The notes beneath the pieces were generated by a model, which had not been told where the DNA came from, searched no databases, and saw nothing but the letters and a program-made list of their open reading frames with translations. The translations under genes were made by a program, and so were the position numbers. A DNA stretch of 64,000 nucleotides, from contig CALMZP010000083.1 of the NCBI GenBank assembly GCA_937870635.1, positions 5,100 to 69,099 of the forward strand, in the 5' to 3' direction. The DNA is from an uncultured Acidobacteriota bacterium. GTDB taxonomy: Bacteria; Acidobacteriota; Thermoanaerobaculia; Gp7-AA8. Within the stretch, counting starts at the first letter, position 1. Each line of letters opens with the position of its first letter. Below are positions 9,956-18,397 of the stretch, one piece after another.

Positions 9956-11754
9956 CAGTATCCTCCAGCCGATCCGCCGCGGCGCGGATCCGCCACGGCG
10001 ATGAGTCTGCCTTCCTCGAACGCAATGGCGTGAACGTCGCCGATCGGGCCGCGCGGATGAGTGCCGTGTCCCATCGCGTTCAGCGCCTCCAGGAGAGTTT
10101 CCGGCGGCCGCCCGCGCTCGACGTCGATCCTCTCGGGTAATCCCTGATGGTGATACCGCGGTGCGGCGACGGCGTCGGCCAGCGTCTTGCCGTGAACGAC
10201 CATGTGAAGGAAGACCTGCAGGATCGTGGTTGGGATGGTGGGGCCGCCGCGTGTCCCGATCGCGAGAAATGGACGGGAATCTCTGAAGATGATCGTCGGG
10301 GTCATCGAGGAGGCCATCCGTTTGCCCGGCTCGATCGCGTTCGGCGCATCCTGAACGAGGCCCGCTGCGTTCGGACGGCCGGGTGCGGAGGCGAAGTCGT
10401 CCATCTCGTTGTTCAGAAAGAAACCCGTGCCCGGTACGACGAAGCCGCTGCCGAACGTGCCATTGATCGTGGTGGTCAGCGATGCGATGTTTCCGCGATC
10501 GTCGACGATTGTGAAATGCGTCGTCTCACTCCGCTCCCTGAGCGTCACCTCCGGCGCGCCGAGGCTGACCGTGGGTGTGGCGCGATCCACGTCGATCGAC
10601 TTTCGCCACATCTCGGCGCGTGCGGCGGACAGCAGATCAGCGAGCGGAATGCGCGTCGACGCCGGATCGCCGATGTAGCGATTTCGATCGATGTATGCGC
10701 GGCGCCATGCTTCCGCGTAGACGTGGATTGCTTTTGCCGTTTGAAATCCCGCCGACCGCAGATCGAAGCCCGCCAGGATGTTCAATGCCTCGGCCATCGC
10801 CAGGCCACCACCGGAAGGCGGTGCCATCGTGTAGATCTCAAAGTCGCGGAACCTGATTTTCAGCGGCGCGCGCCAGATCGCGCGGTACTCCCGCAGATCG
10901 CGGTCACCGAGGATTCCTCCGCCGGCGCGGACGCCGTCGACGAGACGTTTCGCGGTCTCACCGCGATAGAAGTCGTCAGCGCCGCCTTCGGCGATCCGCT
11001 CGAGCGTCGCTGCGAGATCGCTCTGCACGATCGTGGAGCCGCGGGCTGCCGGTTTCCCGTCGGGAAAGAAGATCGCCGCCGTGGATGGGAACTGATCGAT
11101 CTTGCGATCGTCGCGCTGTGCGGCGAGCTCAGATTCGAGCTCGGCATCGACGACGATTCCTGCGCGCGCAGCGGCGATCGCGGGCGTCAGCAGATCCTTC
11201 CACGGCTGCGTTCCGAACCGTTCGTGTGCGGCGGCGAGGCCTGCCACGGTGCCGGGAACTCCACCGGCGCGCGGGCCTGTCCGGCTGCCGGCAGGCACTT
11301 CCACGTACATGTCACGTGTCGCTGCGCCGGGTGCGGTCTCGCGATAGTCGAGAGTCCAGAAGCCTTTGGTGGCCGCATCGTAGTAGACGAGGAATCCCCC
11401 TCCGCCGATGTTGCCAGCCTGCGGGTGAACGGCGGCGAGCGCGAACGACACGGCGACCGCGGCGTCGATGGCGTTCCCGCCGCGGCGAAGCACGTCGAGC
11501 CCGACCTTGGTCGCGTACGGAGAAGCAGTCGAGAGCGCGGCTTTGGACGCGATGACGGTGGAGCCGGCGTGGAGGGGGAGGGAGAAGAGCGCAAGGAGAA
11601 GAGGGATGAACCTCGTGGCAATCGATCGCAGCCTTCGGTGTCCGATTTTGGATTTTCGATTTTGGATTTTGGATTTTGAGGTCAATCCAAAATCCAAAAT
11701 CCAAAATCCAAAATGGGCCCGACTGGCGACAGGCCGTAAGCCGGGGGTGGTCAC
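9955..11754 (-). CDS. ggt: gamma-glutamyltransferase
   Basis: GGT signature including the autocatalytic Thr region (TTHFTIVDDRGNIASLTTTINGTFGSG). The ORF start (GTG at 11754) overlaps the coaX stop by GTGA. The N-terminal region contains the TTTTGGA palindrome in frame, so the true start is uncertain. Confidence 0.8.
   Translation of the reverse strand: MTTPGLRPVASRAHFGFWILDFGLTSKSKIQNRKSKIGHRRLRSIATRFIPLLLALFSLPLHAGSTVIASKAALSTASPYATKVGLDVLRRGGNAIDAAVAVSFALAAVHPQAGNIGGGGFLVYYDAATKGFWTLDYRETAPGAATRDMYVEVPAGSRTGPRAGGVPGTVAGLAAAHERFGTQPWKDLLTPAIAAARAGIVVDAELESELAAQRDDRKIDQFPSTAAIFFPDGKPAARGSTIVQSDLAATLERIAEGGADDFYRGETAKRLVDGVRAGGGILGDRDLREYRAIWRAPLKIRFRDFEIYTMAPPSGGGLAMAEALNILAGFDLRSAGFQTAKAIHVYAEAWRRAYIDRNRYIGDPASTRIPLADLLSAARAEMWRKSIDVDRATPTVSLGAPEVTLRERSETTHFTIVDDRGNIASLTTTINGTFGSGFVVPGTGFFLNNEMDDFASAPGRPNAAGLVQDAPNAIEPGKRMASSMTPTIIFRDSRPFLAIGTRGGPTIPTTILQVFLHMVVHGKTLADAVAAPRYHHQGLPERIDVERGRPPETLLEALNAMGHGTHPRGPIGDVHAIAFEEGRLIAVADPRRGGSAGGY
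11645..11714. repeat. TTTTGGA x4 / TCCAAAA x4 inverted-arm palindrome
   Basis: Visible in sequence. Same family at 40246-40312, 48861-48928 and 50699-50810. Confidence 0.75.
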
Positions 11755-12542
11755 TTCTTTCCCCGCCGCGGGCTGAGGTTGCGGTCGTGGATGATCTTGA
11801 GCCCTTTGAGCGTGAGCTCGGGATCGACGAGGTCGATGTGCTCGCTGTCATCCTTGAAAAGCACGGCGAGGCCGCCGGTGGCGATCACCCGTTTCACGTC
11901 GCCGATCTCCCGCTTCATGCGGGTAAGCAGCCCATCCACGAGGCTCAGGTATCCGAAGAAGATACCGGACTGCATGTTGACGACCGTGTTCGTTCCGATG
12001 ACGGTGGGCGGCCGACGGATGTCGACTCGCGGCAGACGCGCCGCTCGCGCGAACAGCGCCTCGGATGAAATCGTCAGGCCCGGGGCGATGACGCCGCCAA
12101 CGTATTCGCCGTTCGCGGTTACGACGTCAAACGTCGTCGCCGTTCCGAAGTCGACGATGATGGTCGGTCCGCCAAACTCGTCGAACGCGGCGACACAGTT
12201 GATGATGCGGTCTGCGCCGACCTCCTGGGGGTTGTCCACGTGGATCGCGATTCCGGTCTTGATGCCGGGCTCGACGAACACCGGCTCGACCCCGAAGTAC
12301 TGCCGGACCATCTGGGCCATCGGTCCGTTGAGCGGGGGAACCACCGATCCGATGATGGCCCCGTCGAGAGGACCGAGAATCACGCCGTTGAGAAGCTGGC
12401 GGGCGAGGATGCCGTATTCATCGGCCGTTCGATCGCGAGCCGTCGCCAGCCGCCACGAGCTGACGAGTTTGTCGTCCTGATAGATACCGAGGACGACGTT
12501 GGTGTTCCCGACGTCGAGGACGAGGAGGGTGGACGCCATCAC
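11751..12542 (-). CDS. coaX: type III pantothenate kinase
   Basis: LVLDVGNTN start, and CoaX family motifs GGPTIIVDFGTATTFD and GGL. Confidence 0.9.
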   Translation of the reverse strand: MMASTLLVLDVGNTNVVLGIYQDDKLVSSWRLATARDRTADEYGILARQLLNGVILGPLDGAIIGSVVPPLNGPMAQMVRQYFGVEPVFVEPGIKTGIAIHVDNPQEVGADRIINCVAAFDEFGGPTIIVDFGTATTFDVVTANGEYVGGVIAPGLTISSEALFARAARLPRVDIRRPPTVIGTNTVVNMQSGIFFGYLSLVDGLLTRMKREIGDVKRVIATGGLAVLFKDDSEHIDLVDPELTLKGLKIIHDRNLSPRRGKK

Positions 12543-12553
12543 GGGAAAGATTA

Positions 12554-13318
12554 CTACGACGTGATGAGGTCTCCGGCGGAGATCGCGACCTCGCCGCCGG
12601 GAGTGGAGATCACGGCCCGGCCGTGGTCATCGATCCGCGACCATGCTCCGGCCACGGTTCTCTCGCCGATTGTCGAACTGATCGCGTCGCCCGGTTTGTG
12701 AACCGTGAGCTCCCGCCAGTCCGCGAGAACCTTCTGTTTCGAATCATGCCGCGCCAGCCCGGCGTCGACGTGTTCGATGAAGGCGACGATGGCGTCGTCC
12801 ACTCCGGAGTATCTTTGCGAGGCGACCTCGCTCACCGTCGTGGCATTCGGCCGGTTGTCATCGTGAACGGGTTCCAGGTTCACGCCGGTTCCAATGGCCA
12901 GGTAGGCGCGGCCTTCCTGCACTCTGCCTTCGATGAGAATTCCGGCGAGCTTTCTGCCGCCGGCGAGTATGTCGTTCGGCCACTTGATCTGCGCCGCCAC
13001 GCCGAAGACGTCGATCAGGTACCGCGCGATGATCGTCGCCATGTTCAGCGGCATGAGTCCCATCTCGTCCGCGGTGCGGGTGACGAGAGTGGTTGCGTAG
13101 ATGCCTTTGCCCGGAGGCGACGACCACGAGCGCTGATTGCGCCCGTGGCCGGCGAGCTGCTCGCGAGCCACGATCATGGCCTGGGGAAGCGACAGCTCGT
13201 TCTCGATGCACTCGTTGACGATCCTGCGCGCGACGAGATTGGTCGAGGCCACGCGCGGGATGATCGCGAGCGACTCGATGGCCTTCAGCCGTGGAATGAT
13301 GTCTCGCGTGCGGATCAC
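12554..13318 (-). CDS. birA: biotin--[acetyl-CoA-carboxylase] ligase
   Basis: GRGRNQRSWSSPPGKG and KWPNDIL motifs. No N-terminal HTH (group I BirA). Confidence 0.85.
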   Translation of the reverse strand: MIRTRDIIPRLKAIESLAIIPRVASTNLVARRIVNECIENELSLPQAMIVAREQLAGHGRNQRSWSSPPGKGIYATTLVTRTADEMGLMPLNMATIIARYLIDVFGVAAQIKWPNDILAGGRKLAGILIEGRVQEGRAYLAIGTGVNLEPVHDDNRPNATTVSEVASQRYSGVDDAIVAFIEHVDAGLARHDSKQKVLADWRELTVHKPGDAISSTIGERTVAGAWSRIDDHGRAVISTPGGEVAISAGDLITS

Positions 13319-15951
13319 TGGTTCTGTTGAAGCTTTTCCAGCCGGGCCTCGAGTTCGGCGCGGCGCGTTTCTGCTCCCTGCACGATCGCGGCCGGAGCGT
13401 TCGACGTGAACTGCTCGTTGGAGAGGCGGGCAACCACCGCGGCGAGTTCGCTCTGTGTCTTCTCGATCTCGCGTCTGGTCCGCTCGGCCTGTTCCGGGGT
13501 GATGACCTTTTCCGGGAACTCGATGGCGATGTGGAACCCTTCCACGACATCCTGATGCGCGCCCGCCGGCGGCTGACCGTCGATGACGACCTCGTTCAGC
13601 CGGGCCAGCTCGATCAATAGATATGCATACGCACGAAAGAAGTTCGCGTCGCGGGCTCCGTCACCCTGAACGAACAGGCGGAAGCGGTCCTTCGGGGTGA
13701 ATCCGCGCTCGGCCCGGACATTTCTGACCGTGGTGATCATCGCCTTCATCGCCGCCATCATCCTCTCCGCTTCGGGATCTTCGAGGACGTCCTCTGCAAT
13801 CGGATACGGCGAGATCATGATCGACGGTTCGACGCCGCCCAGTTTCAGCCAGATCTCCTCGGTCACGAACGGCATGAAGGGGTGAAGGAGCCGCAGCGAG
13901 CGATCGAGAACCTCCAGGAGGACGCGTCGGGCCTTTTTCTGTTCGGCTTCATCGCCCTGCCGGCCCAGAAGGACCGGCTTCGCCATTTCGATGTACCAGT
14001 CACAGAATTCGTGCCAGAAAAACTGATACAGCGCCTTGGCTGCCTCATCGAATCGGAAGATCGAGAGCGACCTGTTGACGGTCTTCGTGGTCTCGTTGAG
14101 GCGCGAGAGGATCCAGCGCTCCACGGTCCGCAGGCTGTCGCGATCGATCGGCTTCGCGTTCTTCAGGTCGACGTCGACGTGCATCATCGCGAACCGCGCC
14201 GCGTTCCAGATCTTGTTCACGAACGCGGAGTAACCCTGGATGCTGTTGCGGCCCAGGGGGATATCGCGGCCGCTGGTGTTGATGGCGAGCGTGAAGCGGA
14301 GCGCGTCGGCGCCGACTTCGTCGACGACGTCGAGCGGATCGATGACGTTGCCCTTCGTCTTCGACATTTTCTGGCCCTGCTCGTCTCGGACCAGACCATT
14401 GAGGAAGACTCGGGTGAATGGAACCTTTCCCGTGAAGCGAAGGCCCATCATGATCATCCGCGCCACCCAGAAGAAAAGGATGTCGAATCCGGTGATCAGC
14501 GTATCGGTGGGATAGAAGCTGCGATAGTCGGGCGTGTCGTCCGGCCATCCCATCGTGGAAAACGGCCAGAGTCCCGAGGAGAACCACGTGTCGAGAACGT
14601 CGGTCTCCTGGCGCATCGGCGACGCCCCGCAGTCGCCGCACTTCGACGGTTCATCCATCGTGACGGTGATGTGGTTGTTTGGACAGTAGAACGCCGGAAT
14701 GCGATGGCCCCACCACAGCTGCCGGGAGATCGTCCAGTCATGGATGTTCTCCATCCAGTTGAAGTACGTCGCTTCCCAGCTCGGGGGGGTGATGGAAATG
14801 CTTCCATTGCGTACCGCTTCGATGGCCGGCGTGGCCAGCGGTTCGATTCGTACGAACCACTGCGTGGAGACCATCGGCTCGATGTCCGTGTCGCATTTCC
14901 CATGGACGCCGACTGAGTGCGTATACGGTTTCGTCTCGCCGAGTGCACCGAGCGACTCGAGCCGCGCGAGAACTTCCTGCCGTGCCTCGAATCGATCCTT
15001 TCCTTCGAAGCCGGATCCGGCCGCCGCGGTCATCCGGCCGTCTTCCCCGATCACCTGGATCTGTGGGAGTCCGTTCCGTATGCCCGCTTCGTAGTCGTTC
15101 TTGTCGTGTGATGGAGTCACCTTCACCACGCCTGTTCCGAACTCTCGATCGACGAGGATCGGATCGGCCACGACCGGGATGCGCCGGTTCATGATCGGCA
15201 GCACGACGTGGCCGCCGATCAGATCGCGATAACGATCGTCTTCGGGGTGCACGGCCACCGCGGTATCGCCGAGCATCGTCTCCGGGCGCGTCGTCGCCAC
15301 CGTCAGCTTCTTGTCCGAGCCTTCCACCGGATAGTCGATGTGATACAGCTTCGAAGCGCGTTCGCGGAACTCGACCTCGATGTCGCTGATGGCGGTACGG
15401 CAGTTCGGGCACCAGTTGACCATCGCCACGCCGCGATAGATCAGACCGTCCTCGTACAGCTTCACGAACACGTAGCGAACCGCGCGCGACAGTCCCTCGT
15501 CGAGCGTGAATCGTTCACGCGACCAGTCGGCGGAGGCGCCGAGGCGTGTGAGCTGATCCTTGATCTCGGTGCTGTGCTGTTCTTTCCATTCCCAGATCTT
15601 CTCGACGAACTTCTCCCGGCCGAGCTCGAAGCGCGAGATGCCCTGCTTCTGCAGGTGCCGCTCGACGATCATCTGCGTGGCGATGCCGGCGTGGTCGGTC
15701 CCGGGAACCCAGAGCGTGTTGAATCCGCTCATCCGTTTCCACCGGACGACGATGTCCTGCAGCGTGTTGACCAGGGCGTGGCCGATGTGGAGGCGCCCGG
15801 TGACGTTAGGGGGCGGGATGACGATCGAGAACGTCGGCCGCTCCGGGTCGGATTCGGGCGTGAAGTACCCGGCGCTCTCCCACATCTGATAGAGACGCTG
15901 TTCGAAGGCCTTCGGGTCGTACCGCTTGTCGAGTTCTTCCTTCATGGGCAA
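13315..15951 (-). CDS. valS: valine--tRNA ligase
   Basis: HIGH (PNVTGRLHIGHA) and KMSKS (KMSKTKGN) motifs, plus a C-terminal coiled coil. Overlaps the birA start by 4 nt. Confidence 0.95.
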   Translation of the reverse strand: MPMKEELDKRYDPKAFEQRLYQMWESAGYFTPESDPERPTFSIVIPPPNVTGRLHIGHALVNTLQDIVVRWKRMSGFNTLWVPGTDHAGIATQMIVERHLQKQGISRFELGREKFVEKIWEWKEQHSTEIKDQLTRLGASADWSRERFTLDEGLSRAVRYVFVKLYEDGLIYRGVAMVNWCPNCRTAISDIEVEFRERASKLYHIDYPVEGSDKKLTVATTRPETMLGDTAVAVHPEDDRYRDLIGGHVVLPIMNRRIPVVADPILVDREFGTGVVKVTPSHDKNDYEAGIRNGLPQIQVIGEDGRMTAAAGSGFEGKDRFEARQEVLARLESLGALGETKPYTHSVGVHGKCDTDIEPMVSTQWFVRIEPLATPAIEAVRNGSISITPPSWEATYFNWMENIHDWTISRQLWWGHRIPAFYCPNNHITVTMDEPSKCGDCGASPMRQETDVLDTWFSSGLWPFSTMGWPDDTPDYRSFYPTDTLITGFDILFFWVARMIMMGLRFTGKVPFTRVFLNGLVRDEQGQKMSKTKGNVIDPLDVVDEVGADALRFTLAINTSGRDIPLGRNSIQGYSAFVNKIWNAARFAMMHVDVDLKNAKPIDRDSLRTVERWILSRLNETTKTVNRSLSIFRFDEAAKALYQFFWHEFCDWYIEMAKPVLLGRQGDEAEQKKARRVLLEVLDRSLRLLHPFMPFVTEEIWLKLGGVEPSIMISPYPIAEDVLEDPEAERMMAAMKAMITTVRNVRAERGFTPKDRFRLFVQGDGARDANFFRAYAYLLIELARLNEVVIDGQPPAGAHQDVVEGFHIAIEFPEKVITPEQAERTRREIEKTQSELAAVVARLSNEQFTSNAPAAIVQGAETRRAELEARLEKLQQNQ

Positions 15952-16026
15952 GGGGGGCGATTATAGAGGGCCGGGGGCGGGGGAGAAGAAAAGGGGGGCC
16001 GGGCGCGTTACCCGACAGACGAACGA

Positions 16027-17049
16027 ATGCTCCTCGCGATCGAAACCTCCTGCGATGAAACGTCAGTCGCGCTCCTCGAGCGCAACGGGACGGTTCGCGC
16101 CAACCTGATCGCATCGCAGATCGAAAGGCATCAGCCGTTCGGCGGCGTCGTTCCGGAGATCGCTTCCCGCGAGCACCTGCAGCATCTCTTTCCCCTGCTC
16201 ACGCGCGCGCTCGGCCATGCCGGTGCGAAATGGAGCGATGTCGAGGGCATCGCCGTGACCGCCGGGCCGGGCCTCATCGGCGCGCTCCTCGTCGGCGTGG
16301 CTGGCGCCCAGGGACTCGCCTACGGACTCGGCGTGCCGCTGATTCCGGTCAATCACCTCGAGGGTCACCTCTTCTCCGCCTATCTTCAGAAGGAAGGCGC
16401 GGCGATTCCGATGCCCGCTCGCTTTCTGAGCATGGTCATATCGGGTGGCCATTCTTCGATCTACGACGTCAAAGCGGGTGTCTCGACGATGCTGAACCGC
16501 ACGCGCGACGACGCCATCGGCGAAACGTTCGACAAGGTTGCGAAGTTCATCGGTCTGCCCTATCCCGGCGGACCGCAGATCGAGAAATTTGGACGCGAAG
16601 GATCCGCTGATCCGAAGCGGTTTCCCTTTCCGGTTCCTCAGTTCAAGGAAGAGTCGCTCGACTTCTCGTACTCCGGGATCAAAGCCGGTGCAATCCGCCT
16701 CGCGCGGGAGCACGGCATCACAGCGACCGGTGATGCGAAGAGCCTCGCAGACTTCTGCGCTACCTTCCAGGACGCGCTCATCGCCCAGCTCATCGACCGC
16801 CTCGACGCGGTGTGGCGCCGCATCGATGAGCCGAAGCCGACCGAGATCGCCATTGCCGGAGGCGTCGCGGCCAACGGAGTTCTCCGCGATCGCGTCGCGC
16901 GGTGGGGCGGCGAGCGGGGATTGATCGTGCGGCTCCCGGAGAAGCGTTACTGCACCGACAACGCGGCGATGATCGGGTTCGCAGCATTGCAGCGCGAGGG
17001 CAGTGCCACCGATCCGCGTCGTGTGATTGCGCGGTCCCGTGTTCACTGA
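16027..17049 (+). CDS. tsaD: tRNA N6-adenosine threonylcarbamoyltransferase TsaD
   Basis: LAIETSCDETSVAL start and Kae1/TsaD fold motifs. Confidence 0.95.
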   Translation: MLLAIETSCDETSVALLERNGTVRANLIASQIERHQPFGGVVPEIASREHLQHLFPLLTRALGHAGAKWSDVEGIAVTAGPGLIGALLVGVAGAQGLAYGLGVPLIPVNHLEGHLFSAYLQKEGAAIPMPARFLSMVISGGHSSIYDVKAGVSTMLNRTRDDAIGETFDKVAKFIGLPYPGGPQIEKFGREGSADPKRFPFPVPQFKEESLDFSYSGIKAGAIRLAREHGITATGDAKSLADFCATFQDALIAQLIDRLDAVWRRIDEPKPTEIAIAGGVAANGVLRDRVARWGGERGLIVRLPEKRYCTDNAAMIGFAALQREGSATDPRRVIARSRVH

Positions 17050-17295
17050 GCGGTTTTCGCCGAGATCCCTCCACCGCGCTGATGGCCGCGGGTATTGCTG
17101 AGGCTGTCGGCGAGGACCGACTCGCAACCGCCTGGCGGGGCCGCGCCGGGTCCCGAAACCTTTCCGCTTCACCTCCGTCCAAACAATGAGCGCTGCGAGA
17201 ACCCTAGAGAAGAACCTGAGATCTCCTACCTCTCCTTACTTCTCGGCCGCCGTCCTCGCTCAGACGGCGGCCTTTTTCGTGCAGGTCGAGTCCTC

Positions 17296-18195
17296 ATGAG
17301 AGTGACGATCGCCGGGGGTTCGGGCTTCATCGGCGAAGCCGTGGTGCGTGAGCTCCTGTCGCGGGGCCATGATGTAGCAGTCCTCACGCGGAATCCACAG
17401 AAGACAGACGCGGGGCGGCCGCTCGTCTGGGACGGAAAAACGCAGGGTTCATGGTCGAAGGATGTCGCCGCGGCCGACGTCGTCGTCAATCTTGCGGGCG
17501 AGAACATCGGCCAGCGATGGACCAAGACGCGAAAGGTCCGGCTGATTGAAAGCCGCGTCGGTGCGACGCGAGCGCTCGTGGCGGCGATCGCCGCCGAGCC
17601 GCGGCGCAAGCGTACCTTCATCAATGCATCGGCCATCGGCTTCTATGGGCCGCGCGGAGACGAGATTCTCGACGAGACCGCGGCGCGCGGAGATGGCTTC
17701 CTCGCCGATCTGGCCGCGAGGTGGGAAGAGGAAGCCCGCGCAGCGGAGACCTGCGCGCGACTCGTGATTTTCCGCTTCGGAGTCGTTCTCGGAAGCGGAG
17801 GCGGTGCGCTCGGGAAGATGCTCCTCCCATTCAAGCTCGGTGTTGGCGGACGGATCGGAAGCGGGCGCCAGTGGTTCTCATGGGTGGCCCTCGACGACGT
17901 GACACGCGCGATTCTCTGGGCGATCGGCGACGAGAGCGTGCGCGGAGTCTTCAACGTCACCGCGCCGAATCCTGTGACGAACGCGGATTTCACCCGAGCG
18001 CTCGGCCGCGCGCTGCACCGGCCGACGGTGATCCCCATTCCGTCGTCCGGGTTGAAGATTCTGTTCGGACAGATGGCCGGCGAAACCTTGCTCCGAGGTC
18101 AGCGGGTGATCCCGTCACGGATGAGCGAGAGGGGTTTCCGATTCGTTCACGATAAGGTAGAGTCCGCGCTGCGACGAGCCCTCACGCGTTCGTGA
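17296..18195 (+). CDS. TIGR01777-family epimerase (YfcH-like, DUF1731 C-term)
   Basis: MRVTIAGGSGFIG Rossmann motif, C-terminal DUF1731-like region. Start at the internal ATG, because the upstream ORF portion is not protein-like. Confidence 0.75.
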   Translation: MRVTIAGGSGFIGEAVVRELLSRGHDVAVLTRNPQKTDAGRPLVWDGKTQGSWSKDVAAADVVVNLAGENIGQRWTKTRKVRLIESRVGATRALVAAIAAEPRRKRTFINASAIGFYGPRGDEILDETAARGDGFLADLAARWEEEARAAETCARLVIFRFGVVLGSGGGALGKMLLPFKLGVGGRIGSGRQWFSWVALDDVTRAILWAIGDESVRGVFNVTAPNPVTNADFTRALGRALHRPTVIPIPSSGLKILFGQMAGETLLRGQRVIPSRMSERGFRFVHDKVESALRRALTRS

Positions 18196-18397
18196 TTTGT
18201 AACCGCCCGGCCTGCTAGGCGTTCAATCGGCGGGATGCGTAAATTCAATCCATTGAACATCACGTGTCGGGAGAGAAGCGTCGTTGTTGATCCGTAACGA
18301 CTTACGGGCTGGCACTTGTGGCCGTCCCTTCGCACAACGTAACCGTTGTACGGAGTGTCGTGTTTCGTTTCTGTCACAGAATTCATAGGAGGTAAGG

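Noticed and set aside
10147-11679. Long antisense ORFs opposite nearly every real gene (e.g. 1219-2481, 5347-6360, 10147-11679, 21562-23103, 30663-32696, 47171-48940, 59293-60999)
   Set aside because: They are Arg/Ala/Pro-rich, low-complexity translations typical of antisense frames in 65% GC DNA. Each overlaps a gene with clear family motifs on the other strand.
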